NCBI RefSeq assembly: GCF_006345805.1
Contig: NC_043006.1
Coordinates: forward strand, 62,372,001 to 62,436,000
Direction: 5' to 3'
Origin: Octopus sinensis
Lineage: Eukaryota
Length of the DNA: 64,000 nt
Shown here: piece by piece, positions 24,722 to 38,289 of the stretch
Layout: each line of letters begins with the position of its first letter
Position numbering within the stretch: position 1 is the first letter of the stretch
The notes under the pieces: generated by a model
What the model saw: the letters and a program-made list of their open reading frames with translations, nothing else
Database searches by the model: none
What the model was told of the DNA's origin: nothing
Translations under genes and position numbers: made by a program

Positions 24722-26200
24722 TATAAGGAAAATAAGATAAGGTAGAAAATGGTAGAATAATTTTATCATTAAGAACATTTTAGTACCGGTTTCAGTCTGA
24801 GCGACTTTTTCAACCTAGAGTAAAACGTGAACAGCAATTAAATTGTGGAAAAATTAAATGAATTTTTTTTCAGTATTTCCATAGTTTTCAAATGCAGGGG
24901 ACATTTTTCCTATTTTCTGTCTGTCTCTGTCTTTCTTTTTTACTCATGTGAGACCTGGGTAGTTGGTAACCGGTAGTAGTAGTTCGATATGGATTTTTGT
25001 TTTTGATTGTTTAAGCAGCAGTAGTAGTTGGGAAAGGATGCAGCGGCGGCGGCGAAGAAGAAGAAGATATGGGAATGGCATGACAGTAGCAGGATGGTGG
25101 TGGAATCCTCTTAAATTGTCAAGTCACGTAAACGTAACCCGCTGTGTTTATAATAGTAGTGATTAGAATTGTTCTGAATAAATTCATGAGTAGTGACTGT
25201 TCTGAATACATCGTTTTTAATATCTGCGGTGGTATTTTTCTAAGACCCTTGTAATAGTGTCATTTGTGGTCGACGCATTCAAAGGGGTTTATATTTTGTG
25301 ATAAAATATGACTCTTTACTAATGCGCTGACTACAGCGTGCATCCTCCTTGAATTGATAGAGAAGAAACATTCTGAAGCTAGTTTGTTTGCTACTGGCAC
25401 AAATGTCGATGCCTTCGCTGAATGCCATTTTTCTGTATTTCCGAATTTTGATCTTCTCTCTATATAGAGCCGTCCTTTGACTTAGACTGCTTTTGGGTTG
25501 GCCTATGTGTAGCGTTCAGCATCCAGAACAAGTTAATACATATATCAGGTTCTCCGAAGCACATGCGAAGTTGCATTTCGCTGTTATACGTTGACCCTGT
25601 TTTTCAATGCGTCTACCACAAATAACACTATAATTACAAAGGGCTTAGAATAATACCCACGCAAATATTAAAAACGATATACTCAGAACAGTGAATACTC
25701 ATGAATTTATTCAGAACAATTCTCTTCACTACTTTTACAACCACAACGTGTCACTTTTATGTCACTCGACCATTTAAGAGGATTCCACCAACGTCCTCCT
25801 ACTGTCATACCAATCCTGCAGATTTGTTATTCCTTCTCTTATTATTATTATTCGTTTTCTTTTTCTTCTTTTCCGCCGCCACCTTTCTCAACTACTACTG
25901 TTGCTTAAACAATCAACAACAATAATTCGTATAAATCCCCTATTACAGGATGCCTACAACCCTGGACGCACATGAGTAAAAAAGACAGGTAGAGACAGAA
26001 AGAAAAAAAGAAAAAATTATCTTGCATTTGAAAACTATGGTAATATTATTTTTTAAAAAACATTTTATTTAATTTTTCCACAATTTCATTTTTTTTCATG
26101 CCTTACTCTAAGTTGGAAAAGTCGAGAAAACTGAAAGCGGTACTAAAATGTTCTTAATGATAAAATAATTTTAGAATTTTCTACCTTCTCTTATTTTCTT

Positions 26201-26201
<1 letters not shown>
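24722..26201. repeat. Large imperfect foldback: arms about 24722-25287 and 25595-26201, spacer about 310 nt
   Basis: Colinear reverse-complement matches along both arms (e.g. ttatcattaagaacattttagtaccg; atttgtggtcgacgcatt). Confidence 0.9.
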
Positions 26202-26251
<50 letters not shown>

Positions 26252-26894
26252 AGGTATGTATATATATATATCAACAAATACATATACCTATGCAAACATA
26301 CGTACATATATGTGTGTATATATATACATAAAGATATATGTATGTTTGTATATGTATATGTAGATATAGTTATATATATATATATACATACATACACATG
26401 TATATATATATATATACATACACATGCATGATATGTATATATATATATACATACATACACATGTATATATGTATATATATATATATACATGCATACACAT
26501 ATATATATATATGTATATATGTATATATATATATATATATATAGATACATATACACATGTATATATGTTTTTATATATATAATATACATACATACATACA
26601 CATGTATATATGTATATATTATATATATATATATTATATATATATAACATACATACATACATACATACACATGTATATATATGTGTGTATATACTATATA
26701 TTGTCGTGCTCGCTTAGCCACCGGGATGGCGTCACTTTGAAGGCTAACAATGCGAAGCGCATTGTGACCAGCGATGTGTAGCAGCATCTGATAGCCTGGT
26801 CGGTCACGGTGATGTATATATATATATATATATATATCTATATATATATATATATACAGACAACATACACATATATTTTGACTCCTGGCCGAAA

Positions 26895-27065
26895 TCAGAT
26901 TGCCATGTTGATTCGCTAGCCTCTCCACGCATTTTTTCTCTCCTTGTTTCTTTTCTGTGTTTCTTTTCTGTGTATCTTTCTGTTGAAAGAGCGTAGGCTC
27001 GAAACGTAAAAGACTTGTTTGTATTCCACCTGCCTTCGTCTTTTGTTTTTTCATAAAGCCTCCCG
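26895..27065 (+). mobile_element. Short HHR-bearing repeat (family B) embedded in (TA)n
   Basis: TCTTT-CTGTTGA-AA-GAGC-GTAG-GCTC-GAAA-CG-TA-AAAGA at 26975-27013; second copy at 29812-29985 (-). Confidence 0.65.
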
Positions 27066-27109
27066 TTATATATATTATATATATACAAAATCACCATGTT
27101 ATATTATAT

Positions 27110-27140
<31 letters not shown>

Positions 27141-27779
27141 TATATATAATTATATATATATATATAAAGGAAAGTGAATCCAAGGTAATGCACCATGTTT
27201 CGTCCTACAACATAGCAGGAATCAAGAATTTAGAAACACAGAGAGAAATTAAGTAATTTTTTTTCTATTCACCGGGGAAACTCAAAGTAGACAGCACTCT
27301 GAATATGGGGTTTGTAGTTTATGGTGTGAAAGATATGCTTCTATACAAAAATTTGAATCCAATATTATCTAAGTATTTATCTATCTCTACATGTATATAT
27401 GCTTTATATTTGTGTGTGTGAGTGTACATACATACACACACACGCGCGCACACACACACAGACATATATATATATAAGGCTACTATTAAAAATATCCAAT
27501 TTTCAAGCTGATCAGATGGAGAAAAGTGTTCTCCATCTTGGAAAAGGAATTTTCGTGAATGTTCGTGAATAAAACAATGAATCAAGGGATGTTGGTCTTG
27601 GGTAGCATTGTCTTAATGTTTGATGCCCGTGTATTTGTTTTTGAGGAATCTGTTGCGTCGTCAATTTGCTCACATCATTTTCATTTTGCTCTATGTGGTT
27701 TCTAGAATAGAAAATTATTACGGAAACCAAAATTAAATCTAATTCAATATTCCCTGTGATAAAATAATCCTTCTCAATA

Positions 27780-28017
27780 CATGCCTATGATGCCCCACAG
27801 TACATCTGCTCGTGATCATAGATGCACATATAGTTAGCAACTAAGGGACATGCTCAACTGCTTAAGGTCAAACAATGGACAAGCAAATCTGTGGTATTTA
27901 GCAGAATATTTGCTGTAGCCTATCTTTTATAGCAAGAGAAAACAATGTATATGATCGCACTTCCAATAAGTTAAGATGAGAAGCCATGAGAGCCACTGCC
28001 TGGTACTGCATCAGGGC
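27780..28017 (-). mobile_element. (AAT)-flanked non-coding repeat (family AAT-N), 5' part
   Basis: Matches 39983-40443 and 41722-42212; begins GCCCTGATGCAGTACCAGG right after (AAT)n. Confidence 0.8.
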
Positions 28018-28081
28018 ATTATTATTATCATCATCAGTATTATTATTATTATTATTATTATTAGTAGTAGTAGTAGTAGTC

Positions 28082-28136
<55 letters not shown>

Positions 28137-28169
28137 AGTCAGATTAGTTTGGAATCGAAATCGGAATAT

Positions 28170-28392
28170 TAGGGTTAAGAGCGGGGGCTACTAACCCCAA
28201 GATCCCGTGTTCGATTCCAAGCAGTGACCTGAATAATAATAATAATATCGAAAAATACCTTAGGGATGAGAACCCAGATTCAAAATTTCCCAGGACACCT
28301 GATGAAGCCTTGAGGGTATATCAGCCGAAACGTTGTGATAAGAAACAAGATGAGGACAAATATCCGTCAAAAGTAAATAATGTAAATAATAT
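28170..28392 (+). mobile_element. Family A tRNA-cassette + (AAT)n + hammerhead unit
   Basis: Anticodon-like stem GGGG-G-CTACTAA-CCCC, B-box GTTCGATTCC, CTGATGA 28299-28305, GAAACGTT 28327-28334. Confidence 0.8.
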
Positions 28393-29511
28393 AAATAGTG
28401 AACAGACAAATACATACACAGACCTATACGTGTATGTAGATGGATAGACAGATGATTCTACGCTATTTAAAAAATTTAATGATAAGCGTTTATTTGGATC
28501 ACCAGTTTTCCATGTTCCTTGAGTTATTGACCTCAGTAGTATATTTTCAGCCCCTAGCTAAAATGCATGTTCCAATCAGTGATATGCAGGAACGCAATAG
28601 ATCCCTGATTGCGCTCAAGACTAGTTATGTGTAACACATTACTATTTCGATCCTCAAATGATTTTAACTTTTAACATACCAAAAAATTTAACTCCATTAT
28701 TCCAACTAATTTACATGGCATTCTTTCAAACAAAGCCGTCCCCATCCAGACACCAATTCAGAAGTTAAAAACTTAATATTACAAACTAATATTTTGTACA
28801 CATTTCCACCTATTCTGCTAGCCATCACCCTATGTTCTCATAACGAATTTACTTGTAAATCGTTACATTCCTATAGACATTATTTATTTGATACGACAGT
28901 TTACTTATCATCCGTAAACAAATTCCCAAAATTTCTACTATGAAGTCTACTGACGAAACTATGAATTTTGAGAACTTGCCAAAACAGCATTATTACCTGT
29001 TTCGCTGTTGTTCGTCTCGATGATTTTCGAAAGAATGGTTGTATATTATCTACGTAATATATTCTGATCAGTTGTTATTTAATATTCATCACAATACAAT
29101 GTACGAATCTCAACATATTATCAGATAATATCCATATATGTGCGTGTGGTTGTGTACGTGTCTATTAGACAATATCAGAAAAGCAAATGTACACATATTG
29201 AAAATCGAGTTACTGGAATTGGCAGACAAACAGACAGGTAATATGTCATAGAGCACAAAATAAAATAAGTAGATAAATAAGAAAACGTGCAAGAATGTAA
29301 CATGACGGAGAATACAATATGCCGACCGAGTATTTTTTTTTTTTGTTTTTGATCAGAGATATTCCCATGAAGCGTCTTGAGCAAGCACTCATATCCAAAA
29401 ACTATGAATATATAGATGAAACCGGGGAACTGTCGCAATTTTTGCTGATGCAAAAATTTGCACACAAATGCCAACAGGCGTACGCATAATCATACAAACA
29501 CACACAAACAT

Positions 29512-29731
29512 TTTCTTTCATTCTGTTATTTGCTTCAGTCATTTGACTGCGGCCATGCTGGAGCACCGCCTTTAGTCAAGCAAATCGATCCCAGGACTTC
29601 TTTGTAAGCCTAGAACTTACTCTACCTGTCTCTTTTTCCGAACCGCTAAGTTACGGAGATGTAAACACACCACCCTCTGTTGTTATGCGATGGTGGGCGG
29701 ACAAACACAGGCACAGAAACATATATATATA

Positions 29732-29771
<40 letters not shown>

Positions 29772-29785
29772 ATATATATATATAT

Positions 29786-29816
<31 letters not shown>

Positions 29817-30160
29817 TTTACGAAAAAGACAAAAGACGAAGACAGGTGGTGTACAAAACAATCAGATGTATTAGTATAACGCTCAGGAATAGTAAAAGTC
29901 TTTTACGTTTCGAGCCTACGCTCTTCTACAGAATGGGACACAGAAAAAACAAGGAGAGAAAAAATGTGTGTAGTGGCTAATATATAAATACATATGTATA
30001 TAACGTGCTTCTTTCTGTTTCCGTCTACTAAATCCACTCACAAGTCTTTGGTCGGCCCGAGGTTCTAGTAGAAAAAACTTGCCCCAGGTGTCATGTAGTG
30101 GGACTGAACCCGGAACCATGTGGTTTGTAACGAAGCTACTTACTACACAACCACACCTAG
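29512..30160 (-). mobile_element. SINE family A interrupted in its internal (TA)n by a family B HHR repeat
   Basis: SINE 3' half 29512-29710, 5' half 30005-30160, insert 29812-29985. Confidence 0.85.
29812..29985 (-). mobile_element. Short HHR-bearing repeat (family B)
   Basis: Minus CTGTAGA-A-GAGC-GTAG-GCTC-GAAA-CG-TA-AAAG at 29931-29900. Confidence 0.65.
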
Positions 30161-30639
30161 ATATACGCAATACGTGGTATTGTGCCTGTGTATAAACACA
30201 CACAAATATATATATAGATAATGATATATGAGTATAGAAACAAATATGTGCGAATATATCGAGGCAAATGTATCTGCGCGTTCACATGCGCAAGTATGTG
30301 TGTATGTATGTATTAAGTATGTAGTATGTATGTATAAACAGTCTTTATCTCCAACATTGCGCTTGAATACAGAATACCTATCATATGAATTCGTGGTGCA
30401 TAAAAGCATACTTATTTATATTACTGACAGACGGAAACTGGCTGCTACACCACATCTGCTAGACCTGCCACAGGATCGTTTTCTTTTTGAGTTCGTCATT
30501 AACAGACGTCCTTTAGCGACAAGATAACCGAATCTTTCTGGCTACTCTGTGACATCAATGCGCTATAGACACTGCAGTTCTATACATCGTTTAACTATAT
30601 ACATACACAAATGAATATATGAGTATATGTGTATACATT

Positions 30640-30678
<39 letters not shown>

Positions 30679-30788
30679 TATATATATATATATATGAAAG
30701 GGTATGTAAACAGGTAAACGATATATAGAATTTCAGTGTCTACTCAAACACTGATGCCACGAATAGAAGCGACTGCAATAGTAACCGA

Positions 30789-31640
30789 GGAATCTCGCCG
30801 CTAAACGTCGTGAAGGATCTCTTAGATCACGTGGTCTTTAACAAGTAGCAAAAATCGCTGAGAAGGTATACCCTGAATCTCAGTGTGCTCCATCAGAACG
30901 CTCCACCCTCGACACGGTCCTCTCTCTTTGACAGTCATAGTAGAAGTGCCGAGGGCAAAAGCAACCACTCTTTATCAATTTTATTGACATTACTAAGACT
31001 TTTGACTTGGTTTCTAGAGACGGCATGTTCAAATTCCTTGCTAAGATTGGCTGCCCTTCAAGATTTTCAGGATAGTCCAATCATTTGCTGCAGATATGAA
31101 AGGTGTCATTCTTCTTCGGAGGCGTTCAACATATGTAGAGATGTGAAGCAGCGCTGTTTGTTCGCCCCACCCTATTTGTCGTTTTCTTCACAGTCATGCT
31201 GAAACACATATTTCGAACGTCAACTGACGATGTATACCTCAACAACAGATCAGAAGAAATCCAGGATTCATCAGAGAACTACTTCTTGAGGATGACGCAG
31301 CATTGGCAGTGCACACTGCGGATCAAATGCAGTGCCTCTCGACAAACATGACATGGCCTGCCAAAAATTCAGTAGTGGGCCAAGATGCCAAGCAACCCCA
31401 CTATATTCCACCCCTACCTATACTTTGAACATCAGCAACTACGAGCTGGAGGTGGTTCACAAATTCACCTGCCTCGTATCTGCCATCATTGATAACCTGC
31501 CTTGGATCCAGAAATTTGCAGACGAATTGAATGTGCATCCGGCACATTTGCCTGGCTGACGAAGAGAGTTTAGAAGAACAGGAAGCTGATTCCAAACACG
31601 AAGACTAGTGTCAGCGGGACACGGAATCTCTCCTACAGAC
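30789..31640 (+). mobile_element. RTE-clade LINE RT fragment, degenerate
   Basis: KIAEKVYPESQC..RSTLDTVLSL, FID.TKTFDLVSRDGMFKFLAKIGCP, LEVVHKFTCL peptides. Confidence 0.85.
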
Positions 31641-31742
31641 AAGACCCAACCCAAAGTTTTGTGAGGAATTCTATTTCACTGAAAACTGTAAAAGACCCGT
31701 AATAAAATATATATATATATTATATATATATATATATATATA

Positions 31743-31832
<90 letters not shown>

Positions 31833-31860
31833 TGTCTGTGTGTGTGTGTGTGTGTGTAAT

Positions 31861-31950
31861 GTGGTGAGCTGGCAGAAACGTTAGCACGCCGGGCGAATAC
31901 CAATATTTCGTCTATTTTTATGTTCTGATTTCAAATTCTGTTGAGGTCAA
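31861..31950 (+). mobile_element. SINE family B 5' fragment
   Basis: GAGCTGGCAGAAACGTTAGCACGCCGGGCGAA head. Confidence 0.8.
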
Positions 31951-31970
31951 AACACTCACAAATGTTTATA

Positions 31971-32802
31971 CAGGGTGTGGTGAATAATATGTCGTCTAAA
32001 TTACGCAAAATGAAAATAACACTGACGTCTGATTTTAACACATATTTATCAAAATTACATTAAAACATCTTGAAATACTAAAAAGTAAATGTATTCAATA
32101 AAGCCATTGGCTTCAACCACGGCCTCCAAACGACTTGGGAATCTCCTGCAAATCGTCTGCTATAATCCTTGCCTTCAGTTCATCTTTGGTGTTACAAGGA
32201 GTTTTGTTGGTTTCTCGCTCAACTGCACATCACGCATAATAGTCAAGGAGGTAGCAGTCTGGGGAGTTAAGTAGCCAGAGGTAGTGTGGTCGCAGAAATT
32301 GTCTAACAGCCATGACGGGGTTCTGCTGCTTGTGTGTCATAGTTCAGTCCTGTTGCCAGACATAGGGTCTGCCAGTAGCCACCCTCTTCTCCCAGGGCAG
32401 CACTACCTCCTCTAAGCACTTGATGTATGTCTCCTTGTTTAGTGTGAGGTCGTATGGAAAGATGAATGGAGGCATAATGTCGTCCTCGCTAGTCACTCCA
32501 AATGCTATGATGTTCACTGGATCTTTGATTTTTACTCTTGGTACGTCCACAGAGTGCACTGTCCTCATATTGACGCCCAATCACTCTGAAATGCTCGTAT
32601 TCTAGTTTCCTGCGCGAATGTCAAGCCCTACATGTCATTTCCAAATTTCTGGCTGAGTATTCTGCGTCATGGTGCTATTTTCGTCACACACAGTGCTCAA
32701 CTGACTCTACTATACTTTCTAGCCGACAGAATTAAAAATAAACAATGCGCATGCGCGAAATCAAAAATTGAAAAATGGCGACAATTTACCCCTTCTACCC
32801 TC
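31971..32802 (-). mobile_element. Tc1/mariner superfamily, maT (DD37D)-like, internally deleted
   Basis: ORF 32344-32580 FGVTSEDDIMPPFIF..YIKCLEEVVLPW..GRPYVWQQD; degenerate TIRs (cagggtg / gagggta) flanked by TA. Confidence 0.8.
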
Positions 32803-34141
32803 TATAAACCGATATGTGTCATTACCTGCTCTTCTCACCCTTTGCATGTGTGTGTGTGTGTGAGTGTGTGTGCGCGCGCGTGCGCCCGCATGAGTACCCG
32901 TATGTCTCTATGCGTGTTAATAATGTATATAAGCGAATCGGTAAAGAACAATGCAAAGGAATGTGGATAAGCAAAAAATGATCACATAAGTGAAAGAATT
33001 CAATGTTACCCGAGAAAACGTTGTCATTTCCGTAAAAACATTCTAAAATTAGTGAAAGGAGGAAGATATAAAGGCCATAATTTTTACAGTTAGTATGTCT
33101 GTACTTCATATATAACTACACAATCGTACATACACGCACACAAACACACATACACTCACTCGTACACACACGCACACTTATATACTCAGTATATAGATAC
33201 GTATATAAACATCTGGATACTCTAATATACACATATATTTATGTATACACACAGATATTTATTATAATGTGTATATATAAGTTACGATGTTAAAATACTG
33301 TGTATATGTATAATTCATTTTGATTAATTTCTTGATCACCCATTTCTTCTACTTCACTCTCTTCTTTTTAATTTACATTTCTCTCTGGTAGAATTTAACA
33401 GCAATCTTCGCTGTTTTATCATCTTTATTATATAAAGCTTGGATTCCATTTAAATTCATACAAAATACTAGTCCATTTAAACTTAACCAGTGGCCAAATA
33501 GGAATCCTCTCCTTGGTCGCTCGGCCTATTGGAAATAGAAACCAAGTTTGCCTTAAATTTTTCGTTGCTTGCTTTAGGAAGTAAGAATAAATTGTATAAT
33601 ATAGACGGAGACAAAAACGGAGAGCCGTATCTGGAATGTCTTTGTTCATAATATGATTGTAATGACACTTAGGATGAAACAACTGAAATGATGGACACAA
33701 TACATCATGTTCGATTCCCATTGTACTAGCCAGACACGTTTTAAACAATTTTTGTTTATCTCTGTAAGATTTAGTTTTCTATCATATATGGCCGCTCAGT
33801 AATTTCTCAGTAGTACTAGCTTTAAATGCTTTCACAGTGATGCATTGAATTCAGTAAATAAAGAAATGAAGGTAATCCTAATTGTATTGTTATTTAGTAA
33901 AACATATGTGTCACTTATACATCAGATAATCTTAAAACACACTATCAAAAAAGTCTCGTATTTTGCAGGGGTTGTTAAACAATAGCTGCCAATGAAATTG
34001 ATGTCTCTCAGAGAACAATGATAAATTTCCAACTAATAATAATAAGGAGGCGGAGGAGGAGGAGGAGGAGGAGGAGAACAAAACATCAACAACAACAGCA
34101 ATAATAATAATAATAACAATAATGGTTTCAAATTTTTCCAC

Positions 34142-34270
34142 AAGTGCAGTATTTTGCGGGAGAGGATGAGTTGATTACATCGACCCCAGTGTTAAACTGG
34201 TACTCATTTTATCGACCCCGAAAGGATGAAATGCAAGGTCGAGCTCGGAGGAATTTGTACTCAGAACCGA
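34142..34270 (-). mobile_element. SINE family B fragment
   Basis: ATCGACCCCGAAAGGATGAAA..GGTCGA..CGG..GAATTTG as at 15670. Confidence 0.8.
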
Positions 34271-34351
34271 GCCACGGCCAACAGAAGAAAATAAGACAAA
34301 GAAATATACCAAGACAATGTATACCAAGACAAAGAAATATACATGGTAACA

Positions 34352-34409
34352 ACTTCAACCAGTTAAAATCAAAAGTCATGAGAGCCACTGTACTGGTACT
34401 GCATCCGGA
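34352..34409 (-). mobile_element. 5' tip of AAT-N repeat
   Basis: GAGAGCCACTG..CTGGTACTGCATC as at 27988-28017. Confidence 0.65.
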
Positions 34410-34420
34410 ATTTATTATTA

Positions 34421-34469
<49 letters not shown>

Positions 34470-34472
<3 letters not shown>

Positions 34473-36420
34473 TAGTTTTATTTTTATAGCGTGCTTCACT
34501 TCACTATCGAGCGCAGCTCTGTGGCCTTGGTATGTGCTGTGATTTGTTGTGATGCTCTGATGGTTATTGTATGGAAAGTGTTCTGCGTAGGATGTGTGCA
34601 GTGCATAGTAGTGCAATTTTCTGTATGTTATATGTGTTTGTAAGTCCTGGTGTTTTTGTTATGTATTTGTCTGAATATTTTTTATCATGCCTAATGCACC
34701 TACTATGATAGGAATTGTTTCTGTTTTCAGGTTCCACCTTCTAGTTACCTCTATTTCCAGGTCTTTGTATTTTGAAAGTTTCTCCTCTTCTTTTAGAAAC
34801 GCGTTGTCATCTGCTGGTATTGATACATCAATTAGAAAGCATTTTTTTCTTCATGATCTCTGACAACTATATCTGGTCTGTTGGCCTTAATTTCTCTATC
34901 TGTGTGTATCGGCATATCCCAGAGTATGGTTGCTTTCTCGTTTTCTGTGACCTTTTCTGGTGTGTGCCTATACCATCTTTTTTCTGTTGTTATTCCATAA
35001 TGTTGGCATAGCTTCCAATGTATGTAGGTTCCAACTCTGTCATGTCTGTGAATATATTCCTTCTTAGCCAGGACTGGGCAGCTAGAGATCATATGATTTA
35101 TGTTTCTTGTCCATCTCCACATATTCTGCAGTTACTTGTAATATTTCTTTTCATTACATGTTTTTGGTAATTTCTGGTGGGGAGGCTTTGGTCTTGTGCT
35201 GCAATTAAAAATCCCTCTGTTTCTGCTTTGAGTCCTGAGCTTCTCAACCATTGCTGGGATTTTTCTTTGTCTATTTCTTTTGCGTTTAGTTTAGTCCAAT
35301 ATTTACCATGAAGAGGCTTTTCTTGCCATCGTTTTATCATGGCTCGTTGCTGTTCTATTTTTAGCTTGGATTTCATTTGTTTTATAGCTTTTGTTGTTTC
35401 TTCATCATCTTCTTCTTCTTCTTTGTGTTTATTAGGTGGTATGATTTCTTGTTTGTATTTGTCAGCTTCCTTAAATACTGAGAACAGTTTTTTGTTTTGC
35501 TCGTGTTTTGCTGCTATCTGGATCAGTTTTCCTTCCTTCTGAAGTAGGTATTTTTGCAGTCCTATGGTGGTTTTTATAGTAGTTTTCCAGCTGTATAAGG
35601 CCTCTACCACCTTCTATACGTTGTATATATAGTCTTTCTATGTCAGATTTTGGGTGATGCATCCTAGATCCTGTCAGTATTTTTCTTGTTTTCCTATCTA
35701 TTTTGGACAGTTCATTTCGTGTCCAGTTAAGGATATTGTAGCTGTAACTTATAACTGGGACAGCTAAAGTGTTGATACCTATTATCTTCTTTTTAGCATT
35801 GAGCTCTGTTTTTAGTATTGATCTAACTCGTCTATAATATTCTTTTTTTATTTTCTCTTTCATTTGTGTGTGTTGTGTCTTATCTAGTTCATGGATTCCT
35901 AAGTATTTGTAAGTTTGGCTTTGGTCTAATTCTTTTATTTCATTGGTTTTATCTAGTGTGATGTTGTTACTCTTAACTAGTTTTCCTCTTTTCATGGTTA
36001 CTTTGGCGCATTTTTCTAATCCAAATTTCATATCTATTTCTTTGGTAAATCCATGAACTGTCTTTAATAGTGTTTCCAGCTGTTTGTCATTTGCAGCGTA
36101 TACTTTTAGGTCATCCATATAAAAGGTGTTGATCGTTTTGCCGTAGCATTTATATCCGCATCCAGTTCTATTTAGCATATCAGATAGAGGTGACAGTGCC
36201 AAGCAGAAAAGGAGTGGGGAGAGAGCGTGTCTCCCTGGAATATTCCTCTTCTAATGGGGATGTCTTTGGTTTTCATGAGTCCCTCTTTTGTTTGGAGGTG
36301 TAGGACTGTTTGCCATTTATTCATAGAGTGCTCTATGAATTTTATGATTGTTGGTGCTACTTTGTTAATGGCTAGTGTTTCGAGGATCCATGTGTGGGGG
36401 ATGCTATCAAACGCCTTTTT
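34470..36420 (-). mobile_element. Dong/R4-clade LINE, 5'-truncated, same subfamily as 421-2042
   Basis: ORFs 35471-36202 (FYMDDLKVYA..KFGLEKCA..YKYLG), 35098-35610 and 34832-35122 (HDRV..ANRPDIVV); (ATT)n at 34411-34469 and 36425-36492. Confidence 0.92.
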
Positions 36421-36435
36421 GTAGTCATTATTGTA

Positions 36436-36493
<58 letters not shown>

Positions 36494-37836
36494 TGTTTGA
36501 GGCAGAAGATTACAAATTAGAAGATGAGGGGGATATTCGAGGTCATAGATCCTCTATACTAGATAGACACTTCCTGTTATCGATCCACTGAGTGATGAAG
36601 GACATATATATCCTAAGGCAGGTTTTGAGACTTCAGCGTCACGACCCGGTGCGATATCGCATGTCATTCTGACCGACGCTCTAACTGTTCTGTTATCATT
36701 ATTCAATCATATCGTCCGTTATTGAATAACAGCATAAACATGAAGAACGATACAGAATGCAAGTCAAAGAATGGGATTCACTGATGTTTAAAACAGAAAT
36801 CAAAAGAGTTCCGATAAAAACAAAAATAAAAAAAAAAATTATACGGTCATTTTCATAACACGGAACCGAGTAGACAGGAATTACACATCACTGTAAATAT
36901 GTTATCGTTAGATTTTTTTAAAACAGGATTAGTCACATTTAATCTTTCAATATAGAGGATAAAGAGATTCAATGAAGTTATTTTGCACTTAGAAAAAAAA
37001 TGAGATATTCATTTTATAGAGAACAGAACGGTTTTGACAATATAGACATAAAGGACGGTGCGTAGTGTTCTCCCTTTTGCATTATTATAATAATGTGCCT
37101 ATGTCTCTGTATGTGTGTGTATGCCTCTATGGCTGCGTGCGTGGGTGTACGTAGGCTGTGTATGAATCAATGTATAGATAGACAGGCAGATAAACAGACA
37201 GATAGATAGATATGATGTGAAATATGATTTTCTAAAGGACCCCCTCTCTTTTTTTCTCAAGCTCTCTTTCTCCTGCTCCCTCCCTCTCTTTTCCTTAAGC
37301 TTTCTCTCTTTCTCTCCTGCTTTCTCTATTTCACTTTATATGTATTTGATTGTCATTTTCCCTTATATAATTTGTCGTTTATAATCTCATCTTAATTAGT
37401 TGCACTTTCCTTTGACTTTCCTACTTTCTCAATTTCCTTATTTTTAACGATACTTCTTATTTACTACCTCATTAATTTTCTCTTCATTTCTCTGTTTAAT
37501 TTATCTCTTATCATGCGTATTACTAATCTTTTATTCACTGTCATTTCTCCCTGAAATCATCTTCTATTTAATCCTAATATAACACCTGCTGACAGCAGAA
37601 AATAAACAGGAAGTAAACCATTTGGAAACGAAATGAAACTTTTATATATATTTTTTTTATTTGTTCTTATTTAGTCCCAGATTATTTCTGATAAAGCCAG
37701 CCCATGACCAAAAGCAATGCCATATGTATCCTATTGCATATTATAATACCTGGACCTTCTACTGTTCAATATTTTATTCCCTTTTCATGAGAGTAGATCT
37801 TTATTTGACGAATACATGGCTGATATTTTTCAAAGC

Positions 37837-38064
37837 TTACTGCACAACTAGAGGCTGTTTTAATGGCGTTATTATTTTTTCTATTGCATTGCAATCAATG
37901 TCATTTTGCGCCTCAGCTATCCGACCCCATCGGGCAGATTTGGTTCCCACTTGTCTCAGAGCACGTGCCTTAGTTCTGATAATGCAGTCTTTGTGCTTGG
38001 CCAACCTCGCTGCCAGTACGTCAGTTGCAATGCCTTTCATAAGCGCCTCTTCTAAATTTCTCAC
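37837..38064 (-). pseudogene. Possible Myb/SANT-like (Harbinger-associated type) coding fragment
   Basis: 75-aa ORF with VL...LAKHKDCI...K...WGRIAE..N pattern; GCA|GTAAGC donor at its end. Confidence 0.25.
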
Positions 38065-38289
38065 TTAATCACTCCCTAATCTATTTCTTTCTACAATTAA
38101 AACTGTGCTAAATCTAACTGATTCTACTTAGACGGCACATTTTAGATTATTCCACGATTTATCAATATTCTAGAGAAATAAAATTTAAGACGAAACGAGC
38201 TAGAAAAAAACAAGTAAAAATATAAAATATAAAATCAACGATTTGATAACCTTCCTGCAACCAGTGAATAATTGAAACAAGGAACAGAG

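Noticed and set aside
28000-28017. CTGATGC at the 5' end of AAT-N as a ribozyme core
   Set aside because: No A9, no GAAA, and no HDV-like P1 partner found by eye.
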